Origin: an uncultured Acidimicrobiaceae bacterium
GTDB lineage: Bacteria; Actinomycetota; Acidimicrobiia; Acidimicrobiales; Bog-793
Assembly (NCBI GenBank): GCA_903907185.1
Contig: CAIVND010000004.1
Span: forward strand, 1 to 36,589
Direction: 5' to 3'
Length of the DNA: 36,589 bases
Below, piece after piece: positions 25,814 to 34,928 of the stretch. A program made the position numbers and the translations under genes. Each line of letters begins with the position of its first letter. The stretch's first letter is position 1. Under the pieces are notes generated by a model. The model was not told the origin of the DNA. It saw only the letters and a program-made list of their open reading frames with translations, and made no database searches.

Positions 25814-27415
25814 TCACGCGAGCGAGACAAGATCCGCGAGCTCCTCACTCCAAAGATCCTCGACACCGTCGGGCATGAGGAGCACCCGATCGGGAGCGAG
25901 CGCCTCAACCGCTCCAGGATCGTGGGTGACAAGAACAATCGATCCGCCATAGTCACGCAGTGCCCCAAGAACCTCTGCCCGGCTCGCCGGGTCGAGGTTG
26001 TTTGTCGGTTCGTCAAGGAGAAGAACGTTTGCCGAGGAGACAACAAGCGAAGCCAATGCGAGGCGGGTCTTCTCACCACCAGAGAGAGTTCCTGCCTCTT
26101 GTTCGGTCCGGTCTCCGCTAAAGAGGAACGCTCCAAGAATCTTACGGATCTCGACATCACTAAGCGTCAATGGGGCGCCCCGTCGAACGTTTTGGAAGAC
26201 ACTCTCGTTTGGCCGGAGCGTCTCATGTTCCTGCGCGTAGTAGCCAAGCTGCAGACCATGGCCAGGGATCACCTCACCGGTATCAGGATCCTCGACTCCT
26301 GCAAGAATCCTCAGCAGTGTCGTCTTTCCCGCGCCGTTGAGTCCCAAGATGACAACCCGACTGCCGCGATCGATCGCGAGATCAACACTCGAAAAGACCT
26401 CAAGTGATCCGAACCGCTTCGAGAGCGAGGAGGCGGTGAGTGGCGTCTTGCCACAGGGTGCAGGATCGGGAAAGCGAAGCTTTGCCACCTTGTCACGCTC
26501 GCGAATCGAGTCGAGACCATCGGCAAGACGCGTCGCCCGGCGATCCATCTGGTGAGCTGCCTTAGCTTTGGTCGCCGTTGCCCGCATGCGATCAGCTTGA
26601 CGCTGCAGGGTTACGATCTTGCGCTCAGCATTTGCGCGTTCACGCGTTCGACGACGATCATCCTGCGCCTGCTGTTCCAGGTAGAGCTTCCATCCCATGT
26701 TGTAAAGATCAAGCTCGCAACGGTTCGCGTCGAGATGAAAGACACGATTGATCGTCGCCTCGAGGAGTTCTGTATCGTGACTGATCACGATGAAGCCGCC
26801 CTCGTGGCTCTTGAGAAAGTTCCGCAACCAAGCGATCGAGTCGGCATCAAGGTGGTTTGTCGGCTCGTCGAGAAGCAATGTCGGAGCGTTCGAGAAGAGC
26901 ACCCGTGCGAGTTCAACTCTGCGACGCTGTCCTCCCGAGAGGGTACCGAGCACCTGTCCGAGTACACGGTCAGGTAGCGAGAGACTCGAGGTGATCGCTG
27001 CGGCCTCAGATTCGACCGACCATCCGCCCAGACTCTCAAACTCCTCTTCAAGTCGCGAGTAACGACGCATCGCGGTGTCGCGCGTCTCTCCGACCGAGTC
27101 TCCCATCCGAACCGCTTGGGTTGCCATGTCGCGCTTGATCACATCTAGCCCACGGGCACTCAGTACGCGATCGCGTGCAAGAACGTTGAGATCTCCGGTT
27201 CGAGGATCTTGGGGAAGGTAGGCAACCGGGCCCGTGGTTCGCACCGAACCGGCATGTGGAAGTGCCTCGCCGGCAAGAACCTTGGTCAGTGTTGTCTTGC
27301 CTGCTCCATTTCTACCGACAAGTCCGATCCGATCACCGGGCGCGACCTGAAAGGTCACCTTTTCGATCAGAGTGCGGCCGCCAGCGGCCAGTTCAATATT
27401 GGTTGCGCTAAGCAT
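25814..27415 (-). CDS. ABC-F family ATPase (two ABC cassettes, no TM domain)
   Basis: Walker A is GRNGAGKTT and GLNGAGKTT. The signatures are LSGGQRRR and LSGGEKTR. Walker B is LLLDEPTNHLD and LLLDEPTNNLD. An Arg/Lys/Ala-rich inter-domain linker is present. The start is set at ATG 27415 (MLSATNIEL...); the 74 upstream codons of the track ORF look non-coding. Confidence 0.9.
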   Translation of the reverse strand: MLSATNIELAAGGRTLIEKVTFQVAPGDRIGLVGRNGAGKTTLTKVLAGEALPHAGSVRTTGPVAYLPQDPRTGDLNVLARDRVLSARGLDVIKRDMATQAVRMGDSVGETRDTAMRRYSRLEEEFESLGGWSVESEAAAITSSLSLPDRVLGQVLGTLSGGQRRRVELARVLFSNAPTLLLDEPTNHLDADSIAWLRNFLKSHEGGFIVISHDTELLEATINRVFHLDANRCELDLYNMGWKLYLEQQAQDDRRRTRERANAERKIVTLQRQADRMRATATKAKAAHQMDRRATRLADGLDSIRERDKVAKLRFPDPAPCGKTPLTASSLSKRFGSLEVFSSVDLAIDRGSRVVILGLNGAGKTTLLRILAGVEDPDTGEVIPGHGLQLGYYAQEHETLRPNESVFQNVRRGAPLTLSDVEIRKILGAFLFSGDRTEQEAGTLSGGEKTRLALASLVVSSANVLLLDEPTNNLDPASRAEVLGALRDYGGSIVLVTHDPGAVEALAPDRVLLMPDGVEDLWSEELADLVSLA

Positions 27416-27536
27416 GGAGGGGTGTTTTTGCGATCTCGTGAGGGGGAAGGACCTGTCGCACCTATTCTCCCATGAACTTCGGTGTCCACGTCCGCACCTC
27501 ACCAAGCAGGGTGGGAACACCGGTAACCTGAGTCCT

Positions 27537-28271
27537 ATGGCCGGCCCCGTCGCACTCGTTGGCAGTGGTGAGTATCTCCCCGTGATGTCAAAGGTGGACC
27601 TGCACCTGCTTGCGGGCCAGCCATCTCGAGTCGTCATGTTGCCGACGGCAGCAGGACAAGAGGGCGAGGATCGACTCCACTACTGGCGCGACCTTGGGCT
27701 ACGTCACTATGAACAGCTCGGTGTCGAGGCAATCGTTCTGCCCGTTCTCAACCGTGATGACGCAATGTCGCTCGAGCTTGCTGACCAGATCGCCGGCGCT
27801 GGGTTGATCTATCTCTCTGGCGGTTCGCCGGCATATCTCGCCGACTCGCTCCGCGATACTCCCGTCTTGGCCGCCATTGTCAAGGCTTGGCAGGCGGGGG
27901 CTGCAGTTGCTGGTTGCTCAGCGGGCGCCTGCGCACTCACCGCCGTCGCTGGCGGATTCCGTCATCCTGAGCAACTACCCGAGGCGGGACTCTCGATCAT
28001 CGCCCACCTTGCGGTCATTCCCCACTTCGATCGATTCGATCAACGAGATCCACGACTCGTTGAGGGCGTACTTTCGCGCACCGACTCCCATCTCACCCTC
28101 ATCGGTGTGGATGAACGGACTGCGCTCGTTGGCGGCCCGGTTGACTTTGAGGTCATGGGAGATCAATCGGTGTGGTGGATCGATCGATCTGGCGGTCGAC
28201 AGGCCTATGGCCCGGGGACTCAACTCACCCTAAAGCCGGGCGAAGATCCCGTCGCACACCGCGCCTCCTAG
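27537..28271 (+). CDS. Peptidase S51 family protein (cyanophycinase/dipeptidase E-like, class I amidotransferase-like fold)
   Basis: It contains VALVGSGEY, IYLSGGSPAYL and AGCSAGACAL (nucleophile Ser context), plus IPHFD. The start is set at ATG 27537 rather than 27372. Confidence 0.7.
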   Translation: MAGPVALVGSGEYLPVMSKVDLHLLAGQPSRVVMLPTAAGQEGEDRLHYWRDLGLRHYEQLGVEAIVLPVLNRDDAMSLELADQIAGAGLIYLSGGSPAYLADSLRDTPVLAAIVKAWQAGAAVAGCSAGACALTAVAGGFRHPEQLPEAGLSIIAHLAVIPHFDRFDQRDPRLVEGVLSRTDSHLTLIGVDERTALVGGPVDFEVMGDQSVWWIDRSGGRQAYGPGTQLTLKPGEDPVAHRAS

Positions 28272-28278
28272 CGCGCTC

Positions 28279-29280
28279 TTACTCGCCCGTTCGGGCGATG
28301 CGTGACTGCTGTTGTTCCGTTGGGAGTCGGATCTGGGATGCAAGATGCATCTTTTCTAAGAGACAGATCGACAGGTAAGAGACATCAAGCTGACGGGGTG
28401 TGAGCCCATGTCGAGCTGACCGGGGGAAGGCGTGGTGGTTGTTGTGCCAGCCCTCGCCGAAGGTCAAGATACCGACGATGACGTTGTTCGTACTCAGGTC
28501 TCCCGTTACATAGGGTCGACGACCCCAGGTGTGACAGACCGAGTTCACCGCAAATGTTGCGTGCTGAAAAAAGAAGATCCTTACGAGGCCAGCCCAGACC
28601 AACGCCTCGACACCACGCGCCGTACTCCCCGTAATTGCAAAAGCGATCAAAAACGGAAGGCCGATCGAGACCACAACCCAGAGAAAATAGGCTCGGTCGA
28701 TCAACCTGATCGTCGGATCATTAAACAGATCGCGCCCGTAGATCTCTCCGCGCTCAAGACCTTTGGTTGAAAAAAGCCAGCCCATATGACCGTGGTAAAA
28801 ACCACAGACATGGCCCCAGAATCCTGGGCGGCCGAGGTTTGGTGAGTGTGGATCACCAGGCTGGTCGGACCTGGCATGGTGCTTGCGGTGATCGGTCACC
28901 CACTGAGTAACCGGGCCCTGGAGCGTCATCGAGCCCAAGATGGCAAGCAGAACACGAACCGGCTGATTCGTAACGAACGCCTTGTGCGTGAACAGTCGAT
29001 GGAAGCCGACGGTGATGCCAAGTCCGGTAAAGAAATAGAAGATGGCGAAGAGATAGAGATCGAGTGGATGCAGGTCAACTCCCCAGAGAAGTCGTCCAGC
29101 GCTCAACAGTCCGAAGATTGGCACAACAATTGCGAAGAAGGTAATGACCTCACTCGCAACTGAGGTGTGTTGTCGAACAGTCGTAATCTCGAGCGTCGCT
29201 GGGTTGATCGCCCCTGATTCGACATCACCGTCGATGCCAGCATCGATCGATGCATTGGCCACGACCGATTCGGATGTCAT
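28279..29280 (-). CDS. Membrane acyl-CoA (delta-9-type) fatty acid desaturase
   Basis: The three His boxes are GFHRLFTH, DHRKHHA and WHNNHHAFP. Hydrophobic segments lie in between. Confidence 0.9.
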   Translation of the reverse strand: MTSESVVANASIDAGIDGDVESGAINPATLEITTVRQHTSVASEVITFFAIVVPIFGLLSAGRLLWGVDLHPLDLYLFAIFYFFTGLGITVGFHRLFTHKAFVTNQPVRVLLAILGSMTLQGPVTQWVTDHRKHHARSDQPGDPHSPNLGRPGFWGHVCGFYHGHMGWLFSTKGLERGEIYGRDLFNDPTIRLIDRAYFLWVVVSIGLPFLIAFAITGSTARGVEALVWAGLVRIFFFQHATFAVNSVCHTWGRRPYVTGDLSTNNVIVGILTFGEGWHNNHHAFPRSARHGLTPRQLDVSYLSICLLEKMHLASQIRLPTEQQQSRIARTGE

Positions 29281-29414
29281 AACGCCTCCAGGTCGCTTTT
29301 CTCGGCAACGTCGTACGCAAAATACTAAGAAAATAGTGTTTTAGCAGCCTACCTCCCTGCCTTGAAATGCGGCGTCATTGCGTCTGCGTGACCTTCGAGT
29401 ACCGTGAAATCATG

Positions 29415-29897
29415 CCCTATCTCGTGGGGGTGGTCGACCCAAATCGCACCTATTCACTTCGCCAACGAGTGCTTCGCCCTGATGAGACTGTTGCGAGCGT
29501 TGCGCAGGACAGTGAGTTCGATGGAGCGATCACCTTTGGTGCATGCGAGAGTGAAGATGGCGAGATCCTCTCTACATCCACCATCTACCTCGAGGATCCG
29601 CCACCACATCTGACACCGATCGCCCAACTCGCAGCGACCCGCCCCGCGTGGCGTCTTCGTGCAGTGGCCACCGATGAGCACCGGCGAAGTGCGGGACTTG
29701 GTCAACTGGTACTCAACGCAGTGATCAGTCACATCACAAAAGATGATGATGCCGTGCTGTGGTGTTACGCACGTGTCCCAGCGCGCAACTTCTACGTTCG
29801 CGAGGGATTCCTAGAGTTTGGCGAGATCTTTCCGATTCCGCGATATGGCCCGCACATCGTGATGTACCGAGCGGTCGACCGGAAACTTTTGAGTTAA
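29415..29897 (+). CDS. GNAT-family N-acetyltransferase
   Basis: The acetyl-CoA-binding motif A region is LRAVATDEHRRSAGLGQLVLNAV. The C-terminal part contains NFYVREGF. The start is probably ATG 29415 (MPYLVG). Confidence 0.7.
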   Translation, partial: PYLVGVVDPNRTYSLRQRVLRPDETVASVAQDSEFDGAITFGACESEDGEILSTSTIYLEDPPPHLTPIAQLAATRPAWRLRAVATDEHRRSAGLGQLVLNAVISHITKDDDAVLWCYARVPARNFYVREGFLEFGEIFPIPRYGPHIVMYRAVDRKLLS

Positions 29898-30391
29898 CCC
29901 TCGCTCATTGTTCGCCAAAGCTCACCCGATGATGCGGTCTCTGGCGTCATCGCGAACATCGCGTCGGTGAACTGAGCAACCAACTGGCTCCGCTTCCACA
30001 GGTCATGCGCGACGCCGCCAACGAGAGCGGCGCGCCGTTCATGAAGCTCATCTGATGCTGGCGTGAGATATCCCAGTGACCCAAGGGCAAAGGTGAGGTC
30101 CTTGATAACAGGAGCACGTCCATAGAACGATGCGCGAGCCACGCCGATCGCGGTGGCACCAGCAAGCACATCATCGAGATATTCGCCTACGCCAAGCACG
30201 ATCTTGTCGACGAATCGCTGTGCCAAAAGATCGAGGTAGCCCTGATCGGGGCCCGAGCTCGTCACCGTTCTCGGGGCATGGGCGTCGAACTCACCAGGAC
30301 GGTGAGGAGACCAGGGTCGAGGAACATCGAGCTTGTACGAGGGACGAACCTCGTCTTCGATGCCAATCGGGGCAAACTTTGGCTGCGTCAT
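29894..30391 (-). CDS. Hypothetical protein (165 aa), co-directional with and downstream of cimA
   Basis: It is a clean ORF with core-like codon usage. I recognised no family motif. Its stop overlaps the convergent GNAT stop. Confidence 0.55.
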   Translation of the reverse strand: MTQPKFAPIGIEDEVRPSYKLDVPRPWSPHRPGEFDAHAPRTVTSSGPDQGYLDLLAQRFVDKIVLGVGEYLDDVLAGATAIGVARASFYGRAPVIKDLTFALGSLGYLTPASDELHERRAALVGGVAHDLWKRSQLVAQFTDAMFAMTPETASSGELWRTMSEG

Positions 30392-30478
30392 CTTGTTTCG
30401 TGCACCACCATGAGATTAAAGAGTACCGAGATGGCCATCACGCTAGCTCGGAGCAGGGTAAGCGGCGAACCCAGGGCC

Positions 30479-32209
30479 TCAGCTCGTCCGTTCAGCGGTG
30501 CGGGTGAGTCCGAGTACCACCGCATCGACGAGCGCCTGCCAAGAGGCCTCAATAATGTTCTCGGAGACCCCGATCGTCGACCAACTGCCCTCGGCATCTG
30601 CTGAGTCGAGGAGTACACGGGTGATCGCTCCGGTGCCCTTTGTCGTCTCGAGCACCCGCACTCGGTAGTCGGTGAGATGGACAAGAGCGAGCTCGGGAAA
30701 GTGTGGGCCCACCGCCTGTCGCAGTGCCGCATCGAGTGCATTGACCGGACCATTTCCCTCCGCGGTACCCTCAACTGGCTCACCGTTGATCTTGACGACC
30801 ACTGTCGCTCGCGTGATGAGATCACCGGGCACCGTCCAGGGATGCACGAGGTGCTCCCAAGCTTGCACATCCGCCCGATCTTGCTTGCCATTCGCGTCCC
30901 ACCGAGTCTCGACGTGAAAGGACTCGACCGTGAAGAACGGCACATCGCCCTCGTGGGTAGTCGAAGCTGCGCGCATCAACAGCTCAAGCGAGCCGTCAGC
31001 GACCTCAAAGTGATAGCCGCCGTGCTCCAAATTCTTCAGTGCGTCGACGACATTGCCGACCGCCTCATGACCAAGATCGATCCCCAACTCTTCTGCCTTC
31101 ATCGCGAGCGTCGATCGACCCGCAAGTTCACTGACAACCACCCGGGTTCCATTGCCAACCAGATCGGGGCTGAGATGCTCGTAGGCGACGGGAAGCCGAG
31201 CGATCGCGCTGGTGTGAAGTCCAGCCTTGTGTGCGAACGCCGCAGCTCCAACGTAGGGCTTCTGCGGATCGAGGTTGATGTTGATGATCTCGGCGATGGA
31301 ACGCGCCGCTGGAGTGATGAGAGCAATCCGCTCACGCTCGATCGTCTCAACACCCATCTTGAGTGTCAGGTTGGGGATCACCACGGAGAGATCGGCGTTC
31401 CCGGCCCGTTCGCCGTACCCATTGATGCAGCCTTGGACCTGCAATGCTCCCTGGCGAACTGCCGCGAGGCTATTGGCGATGGCACAGCCGGAGTCATTGT
31501 GAAAGTGCACACCGATCGCCGCATCAACCTGGGTCCGGACGTCAGCGACGATCGCTTCAACCTCATCGGGCAGTAGGCCTCCGTTGGTGTCACACAGCAC
31601 CAACGTTGTCGCTCCCGCACCCTCGGCGGCATTCAAAATACTGAGCGCGAAGGTCCGATTCCTCCGGTAACCGTCGAAGAAGTGTTCAGCATCGAGGAGA
31701 ACCTCGCGACCCTCGCCAGTAAGGAACGCTACCGAGTCGCGCACCATATCGATACCCTCTTCGACGGTGGTCTGGAGCGCCTCAATGACATGGAGGTCAG
31801 ACGACTTTGCAACGATGCACACCGCTGAGGTCTCCGCGGCGATCAGGTGCGCGAGCGTCTCGTCCTCGTGCGCCTTGGACCTCGCTCGACGGGTTGAGCC
31901 AAACGCCGTCAGCGTTGCGGTGGAGAGCTTGAGCTCACTGCGCGCACGCGCAAAAAACTCGATGTCCTTTGGGTTTGCTCCTGGCCAGCCACCCTCGATG
32001 TAACGCATTCCAAGGTGGTCGAGCTCGGTTGCCACCCGTAATTTGTCATCGACCGAGAGTGAGATCCCCTCCTGTTGTGAGCCGTCGCGAAGCGTGGTGT
32101 CATAGATTGCGACGGCAGAGGGCAGCGTGATCTCGCCAAGGGGAAGATGGCTGGTTGCTGGATGATCACTCGACACGATCGAGCCAACTCTCGTAGCGCT
32201 TGTCCTCAC
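30479..32209 (-). CDS. cimA: Citramalate synthase-type (LeuA-dimer-containing) 2-alkylmalate synthase
   Basis: It contains IYDTTLRDGSQ, YIEGGWPGANPKD (which I associate with the CimA/TIGR00977 clade rather than LeuA) and HFHNDSGCAIANSLAAV. A C-terminal regulatory domain is present. The GTG start at 32209 overlaps ilvE by 44 nt; an alternative GTG is at 32176. Confidence 0.75.
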   Translation of the reverse strand: MRTSATRVGSIVSSDHPATSHLPLGEITLPSAVAIYDTTLRDGSQQEGISLSVDDKLRVATELDHLGMRYIEGGWPGANPKDIEFFARARSELKLSTATLTAFGSTRRARSKAHEDETLAHLIAAETSAVCIVAKSSDLHVIEALQTTVEEGIDMVRDSVAFLTGEGREVLLDAEHFFDGYRRNRTFALSILNAAEGAGATTLVLCDTNGGLLPDEVEAIVADVRTQVDAAIGVHFHNDSGCAIANSLAAVRQGALQVQGCINGYGERAGNADLSVVIPNLTLKMGVETIERERIALITPAARSIAEIININLDPQKPYVGAAAFAHKAGLHTSAIARLPVAYEHLSPDLVGNGTRVVVSELAGRSTLAMKAEELGIDLGHEAVGNVVDALKNLEHGGYHFEVADGSLELLMRAASTTHEGDVPFFTVESFHVETRWDANGKQDRADVQAWEHLVHPWTVPGDLITRATVVVKINGEPVEGTAEGNGPVNALDAALRQAVGPHFPELALVHLTDYRVRVLETTKGTGAITRVLLDSADAEGSWSTIGVSENIIEASWQALVDAVVLGLTRTAERTS

Positions 32210-33092
32210 CTCTCACCGCGCCAAAGTAGGTCTTTTGAATTGCCTGGGTGATCGGTCCCGGCTTGCCAGTACCTACCTTGCGGTCATCGATCTCCGCCAC
32301 TGGAACGACCTCAGCCGCGGTGCCAGTGAGGAACATCTCGTCAGCAAGGTACAGATCGGCACGTCGCAGAAGCGCCTCTTTGACCTCATAGCCAAGGTCG
32401 TGAGCGATCGTGATCACCGAGTTCGCGGTGATGCCCTCAAGTGCACCGACGGCGGAGTTCGGTGGGGTGAGGAGGACTCCATCGCGGACGATGAAGAGGT
32501 TCTCGCCGGTTCCCTCTGCACAGTAACCATCGGTGGTCATCATCAACGCCTCGTCGTAACCACCACGCAGCGCTTCGACCTTTGCCAGTGACGAGTTGAT
32601 GTACATCCCGGTTGCCTTCGCAGCTGTTGGCAGCGATCTCGGATCAGGACGCACCCACGAGCTCACCTTGAGCCGGATGCCCTGTTCGATTCCCTCATCG
32701 CCGAGGTAGGCACCCCAGGGCCACAGGGCAACGGAGACGTTGACCGTTGACAGAAGCGGGTTGAGACCCATCTCGCCATAGCCGAGATAGATCAACGGGC
32801 GGATGTAACAGGCCGAAAGACCGGACGCCCGCAGCGTCTCTCGCACAGCCTCCTCCAGCTCAACAACACCATAGGGCGATGCCATTGAGAGAATGTGTGC
32901 CGAACGCAACAGCCGTTCGATGTGATCATGGAGACGGAAGACGGCTGGTCCCGTTGCGGTCTCGTAGGCGCGAATTCCCTCAAAGACTCCGGTTCCGTAG
33001 TGCAACGAGTGCGTCAGCACATGAATCTTCGCGTCCTCCCAATCGACGAGCGATCCGTCCATCCAGATCTTGTTCGTTGGAGTGATCGGCAT
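32166..33092 (-). CDS. ilvE: Branched-chain amino acid aminotransferase (class IV)
   Basis: It contains KIWMDGSLVDWEDAKIHVLTHSLHYGTGVFEGIRAY, GENLFIV and ALEGITANSV. Length is 308 aa. It starts 2 nt after the leuB stop. Confidence 0.9.
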   Translation of the reverse strand: MPITPTNKIWMDGSLVDWEDAKIHVLTHSLHYGTGVFEGIRAYETATGPAVFRLHDHIERLLRSAHILSMASPYGVVELEEAVRETLRASGLSACYIRPLIYLGYGEMGLNPLLSTVNVSVALWPWGAYLGDEGIEQGIRLKVSSWVRPDPRSLPTAAKATGMYINSSLAKVEALRGGYDEALMMTTDGYCAEGTGENLFIVRDGVLLTPPNSAVGALEGITANSVITIAHDLGYEVKEALLRRADLYLADEMFLTGTAAEVVPVAEIDDRKVGTGKPGPITQAIQKTYFGAVRGEDKRYESWLDRVE

Positions 33093-33094
33093 CG

Positions 33095-34120
33095 CTACAA
33101 CCTTTCCGCCACGGCATCGCCGATCGCTGAGGTCGTCATCGATGTTCCCGACGCCGCCATCTCGCTGCCGAAGGTGAGTACGGCATCGGTGATCTTTTTC
33201 GCGATCTCGCTCTCGCCAAGGTGATCGAGCATCATCGCTGCACTTCGGATCGCGGCGAGAGGGTTCGCCATCTCTTTCCCGGCGATATCGTGTGCGGCTC
33301 CGTGTACTGGCTCGAAGAGCGATGGCCCGGTCTTTTCGGGATTCAGGTTTGCCGACGCCGCAAAACCGATTCCTCCAGCGATCGCACCCGCGAGATCGGT
33401 CAAGATATCCCCAAAGAGGTTGTCCGTCACAACCACGTCATAACGGTTGGCGTCGGTCGCAAAGTAGATGCAAGCAGCATCAACGTGGTTGTATGCCGTC
33501 TCGACATCGCTGTACTCCTGAGCCACCTCTTCGAAGGTGCGCTGCCAAAGATCACCAGAGAAGGTGAGCACGTTGGTCTTGTGCACCAAGGTGAGGTGCT
33601 TGCGAGGACGTGAACGGGCGAGCTCGAAGGAGAACCGCACGCAACGCTCGACACCGTGGCGCGTATTGACCGAACCCTGCGTTGCCACCTCATAGGGTGT
33701 GCCCCTACGAAGTTGGCCGCCCTCACCGACATAGGGACCCTCAGTGTTCTCACGGATCACAATAAAGTCGCACTCGGGAGCGATCGCCCCCGGGACACCA
33801 TTAAACGGCCGCATGTTGATATAGAGAACGAGTTGAAAGCGCAAAGGCAGAAGAAGTCCGCGCTCCAAAATTCCCGAAGGCACCTCGGTCGATCCAATGG
33901 CTGGTCCAATCGCGCCAAGCAAAACCGCGTCGAAGGTGCGGAGTTCATCGACCAGCCCTGTCGGAAGAACCTCACCAGTCTTGACATAGTGCGCTGCACC
34001 AAGTTCGTAATCTGTGGTCACAAGATCGACCCCAGCTGCGCGCACAACCTTGATTGCCTCATCGCAGACCTCAGGACCAATCCCGTCGCCACCGATGACC
34101 GCCACCCTGTACTGAGCCAT
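33095..34120 (-). CDS. leuB: 3-isopropylmalate dehydrogenase
   Basis: It contains VIGGDGIGPEV, RENTEGPYVG, DNLFGDILTDLAGAIAGGIG and EPVHGAAHDIAG. A tandem GTAAGGAC GTAAGGAC lies immediately upstream of the ATG. Confidence 0.92.
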   Translation of the reverse strand: MAQYRVAVIGGDGIGPEVCDEAIKVVRAAGVDLVTTDYELGAAHYVKTGEVLPTGLVDELRTFDAVLLGAIGPAIGSTEVPSGILERGLLLPLRFQLVLYINMRPFNGVPGAIAPECDFIVIRENTEGPYVGEGGQLRRGTPYEVATQGSVNTRHGVERCVRFSFELARSRPRKHLTLVHKTNVLTFSGDLWQRTFEEVAQEYSDVETAYNHVDAACIYFATDANRYDVVVTDNLFGDILTDLAGAIAGGIGFAASANLNPEKTGPSLFEPVHGAAHDIAGKEMANPLAAIRSAAMMLDHLGESEIAKKITDAVLTFGSEMAASGTSMTTSAIGDAVAERL

Positions 34121-34237
34121 GTCCTTACGTCCTTACCTAGTTGTCCAAACAACACGCCGGTCGGTATCCACCTCCGACCAGATCCTGCGAACTACCGATG
34201 TTGCTGATCTCTCATCCACCCAACTCGCTCAGCCCAC

Positions 34238-34263
34238 AAAAAAACCGCCCACAAGGTGGACGG
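34238..34263 (-). terminator. Intrinsic terminator oriented on the minus strand, ~117 nt upstream of the leuB start
   Basis: The minus-strand RNA is CCGUCCAC-CUU-GUGGGCGG, giving 8 bp including one G-U, followed by U7 (34244-34238). On the plus strand the same stem has a C-A mismatch and only T4. Confidence 0.65.
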
Positions 34264-34289
34264 TTTTGACGTACGACCTGAGGTCGACG

Positions 34290-34334
34290 TCAAATAGGAA
34301 TAATAAAAACCGACAGTGGGCTGCGAGAATTCAT
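34290..34334 (-). CDS. Candidate 14-codon leader peptide MNSRSPLSVFIIPI (Ile-rich)
   Basis: ATG AAT TCT CGC AGC CCA CTG TCG GTT TTT ATT ATT CCT ATT TGA. The stop codon lies in the 5' arm of a 12-bp hairpin (34266-34293). There is no properly spaced SD, but the ATG sits where a leaderless transcript from the candidate promoter would start. Confidence 0.35.
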   Translation of the reverse strand: MNSRSPLSVFIIPI

Positions 34335-34340
34335 CCCCTT

Positions 34341-34369
34341 AGTCTTATCACTCCACAACGGTTCGTCAA
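34341..34369 (-). promoter_or_regulatory. Candidate sigma-A-type promoter for a leaderless leader transcript
   Basis: On the minus strand: TTGACG (34369-34364), a 17-nt spacer, AAGACT (34346-34341, with A at -11 and T at -7), 6 nt, then the A of the ATG at 34334. This is a pattern match only. Confidence 0.3.
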
Positions 34370-34451
34370 CTCCCCTCTCTCGCCCTTTGTGGGCCAGGTC
34401 GTCTCGTCGGCGCTGTTCGGAGGGGGATATCCGTGCGATACCGTGGGACAG

Positions 34452-34919
34452 ATGAGCGGAACTGAACTTTCGAAGGAGACCCATGCGCGGCTTTCTGCCG
34501 AGCTTGAAGATCTCACTACCCGCGGTCGGATCGAGATTGCGCACGCAATCGAGGCCGCTCGCGCACTCGGCGATCTCTCGGAAAACGGCGACTATCACGC
34601 CGCGAAAGACGCTCAGGGCAAGATGGAATCTCGAGTACGTCAGCTTCAGGCAATGCTCAAAACTGCCATCATCGTCGACCAGGTCGACCAACCGGTTGGT
34701 GTTGTAAGCACCGGCTCAGTGGTTGGTATCCGTTACGAGGGTGATGACGACGTCGAGCGCTACCTTCTTGGATCGATCGAAGAACATCGGGAGGGTATCT
34801 CAGTAATCTCTCCAGGATCTCCTCTCGGTCAGGCGCTGAGTGGACATCGTCTCGGTGAGACCGTGGAGTACGAAGCACCAAATGGAACACTCCGAGTCGA
34901 CATCGTCTCGGTGGATTGA
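34452..34919 (+). CDS. greA: Transcription elongation factor GreA
   Basis: It contains LSAELEDLTTRGRIEIAHAIEAARALGDLSENGDYHAAKDAQG and SPGSPLGQAL. Length is 155 aa from ATG 34452. The track ORF from 34119 is an over-extension across the intergenic region. Confidence 0.92.
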   Translation: MSGTELSKETHARLSAELEDLTTRGRIEIAHAIEAARALGDLSENGDYHAAKDAQGKMESRVRQLQAMLKTAIIVDQVDQPVGVVSTGSVVGIRYEGDDDVERYLLGSIEEHREGISVISPGSPLGQALSGHRLGETVEYEAPNGTLRVDIVSVD

Positions 34920-34928
34920 AAGGGAGCT

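Noticed and set aside
27372-27637. Mutually overlapping 5' extensions of the ABC-F ORF (to 27637) and the S51 peptidase ORF (from 27372)
   Set aside because: Both family-typical N-termini begin at internal ATGs (27415 and 27537), and the extensions have no family similarity. The same reasoning was applied to the track starts at 16293, 18167, 21381, 22859, 29367 and 34119.
34121-34136. Tandem 8-mer gtccttac x2 (GTAAGGAC GTAAGGAC on the minus strand) directly upstream of the leuB ATG
   Set aside because: It is most simply a duplicated SD-like AAGGA element. It is too short to support any further interpretation.
34245-34263. Reading the leuB/greA spacer hairpin as a plus-strand terminator, or as a greA leader terminator analogous to E. 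coli GraL
   Set aside because: On the plus strand the stem has a C-A mismatch and is followed by only four T. No plus-strand gene ends upstream of it. The minus-strand orientation, with a G-U pair and U7, is clearly better.
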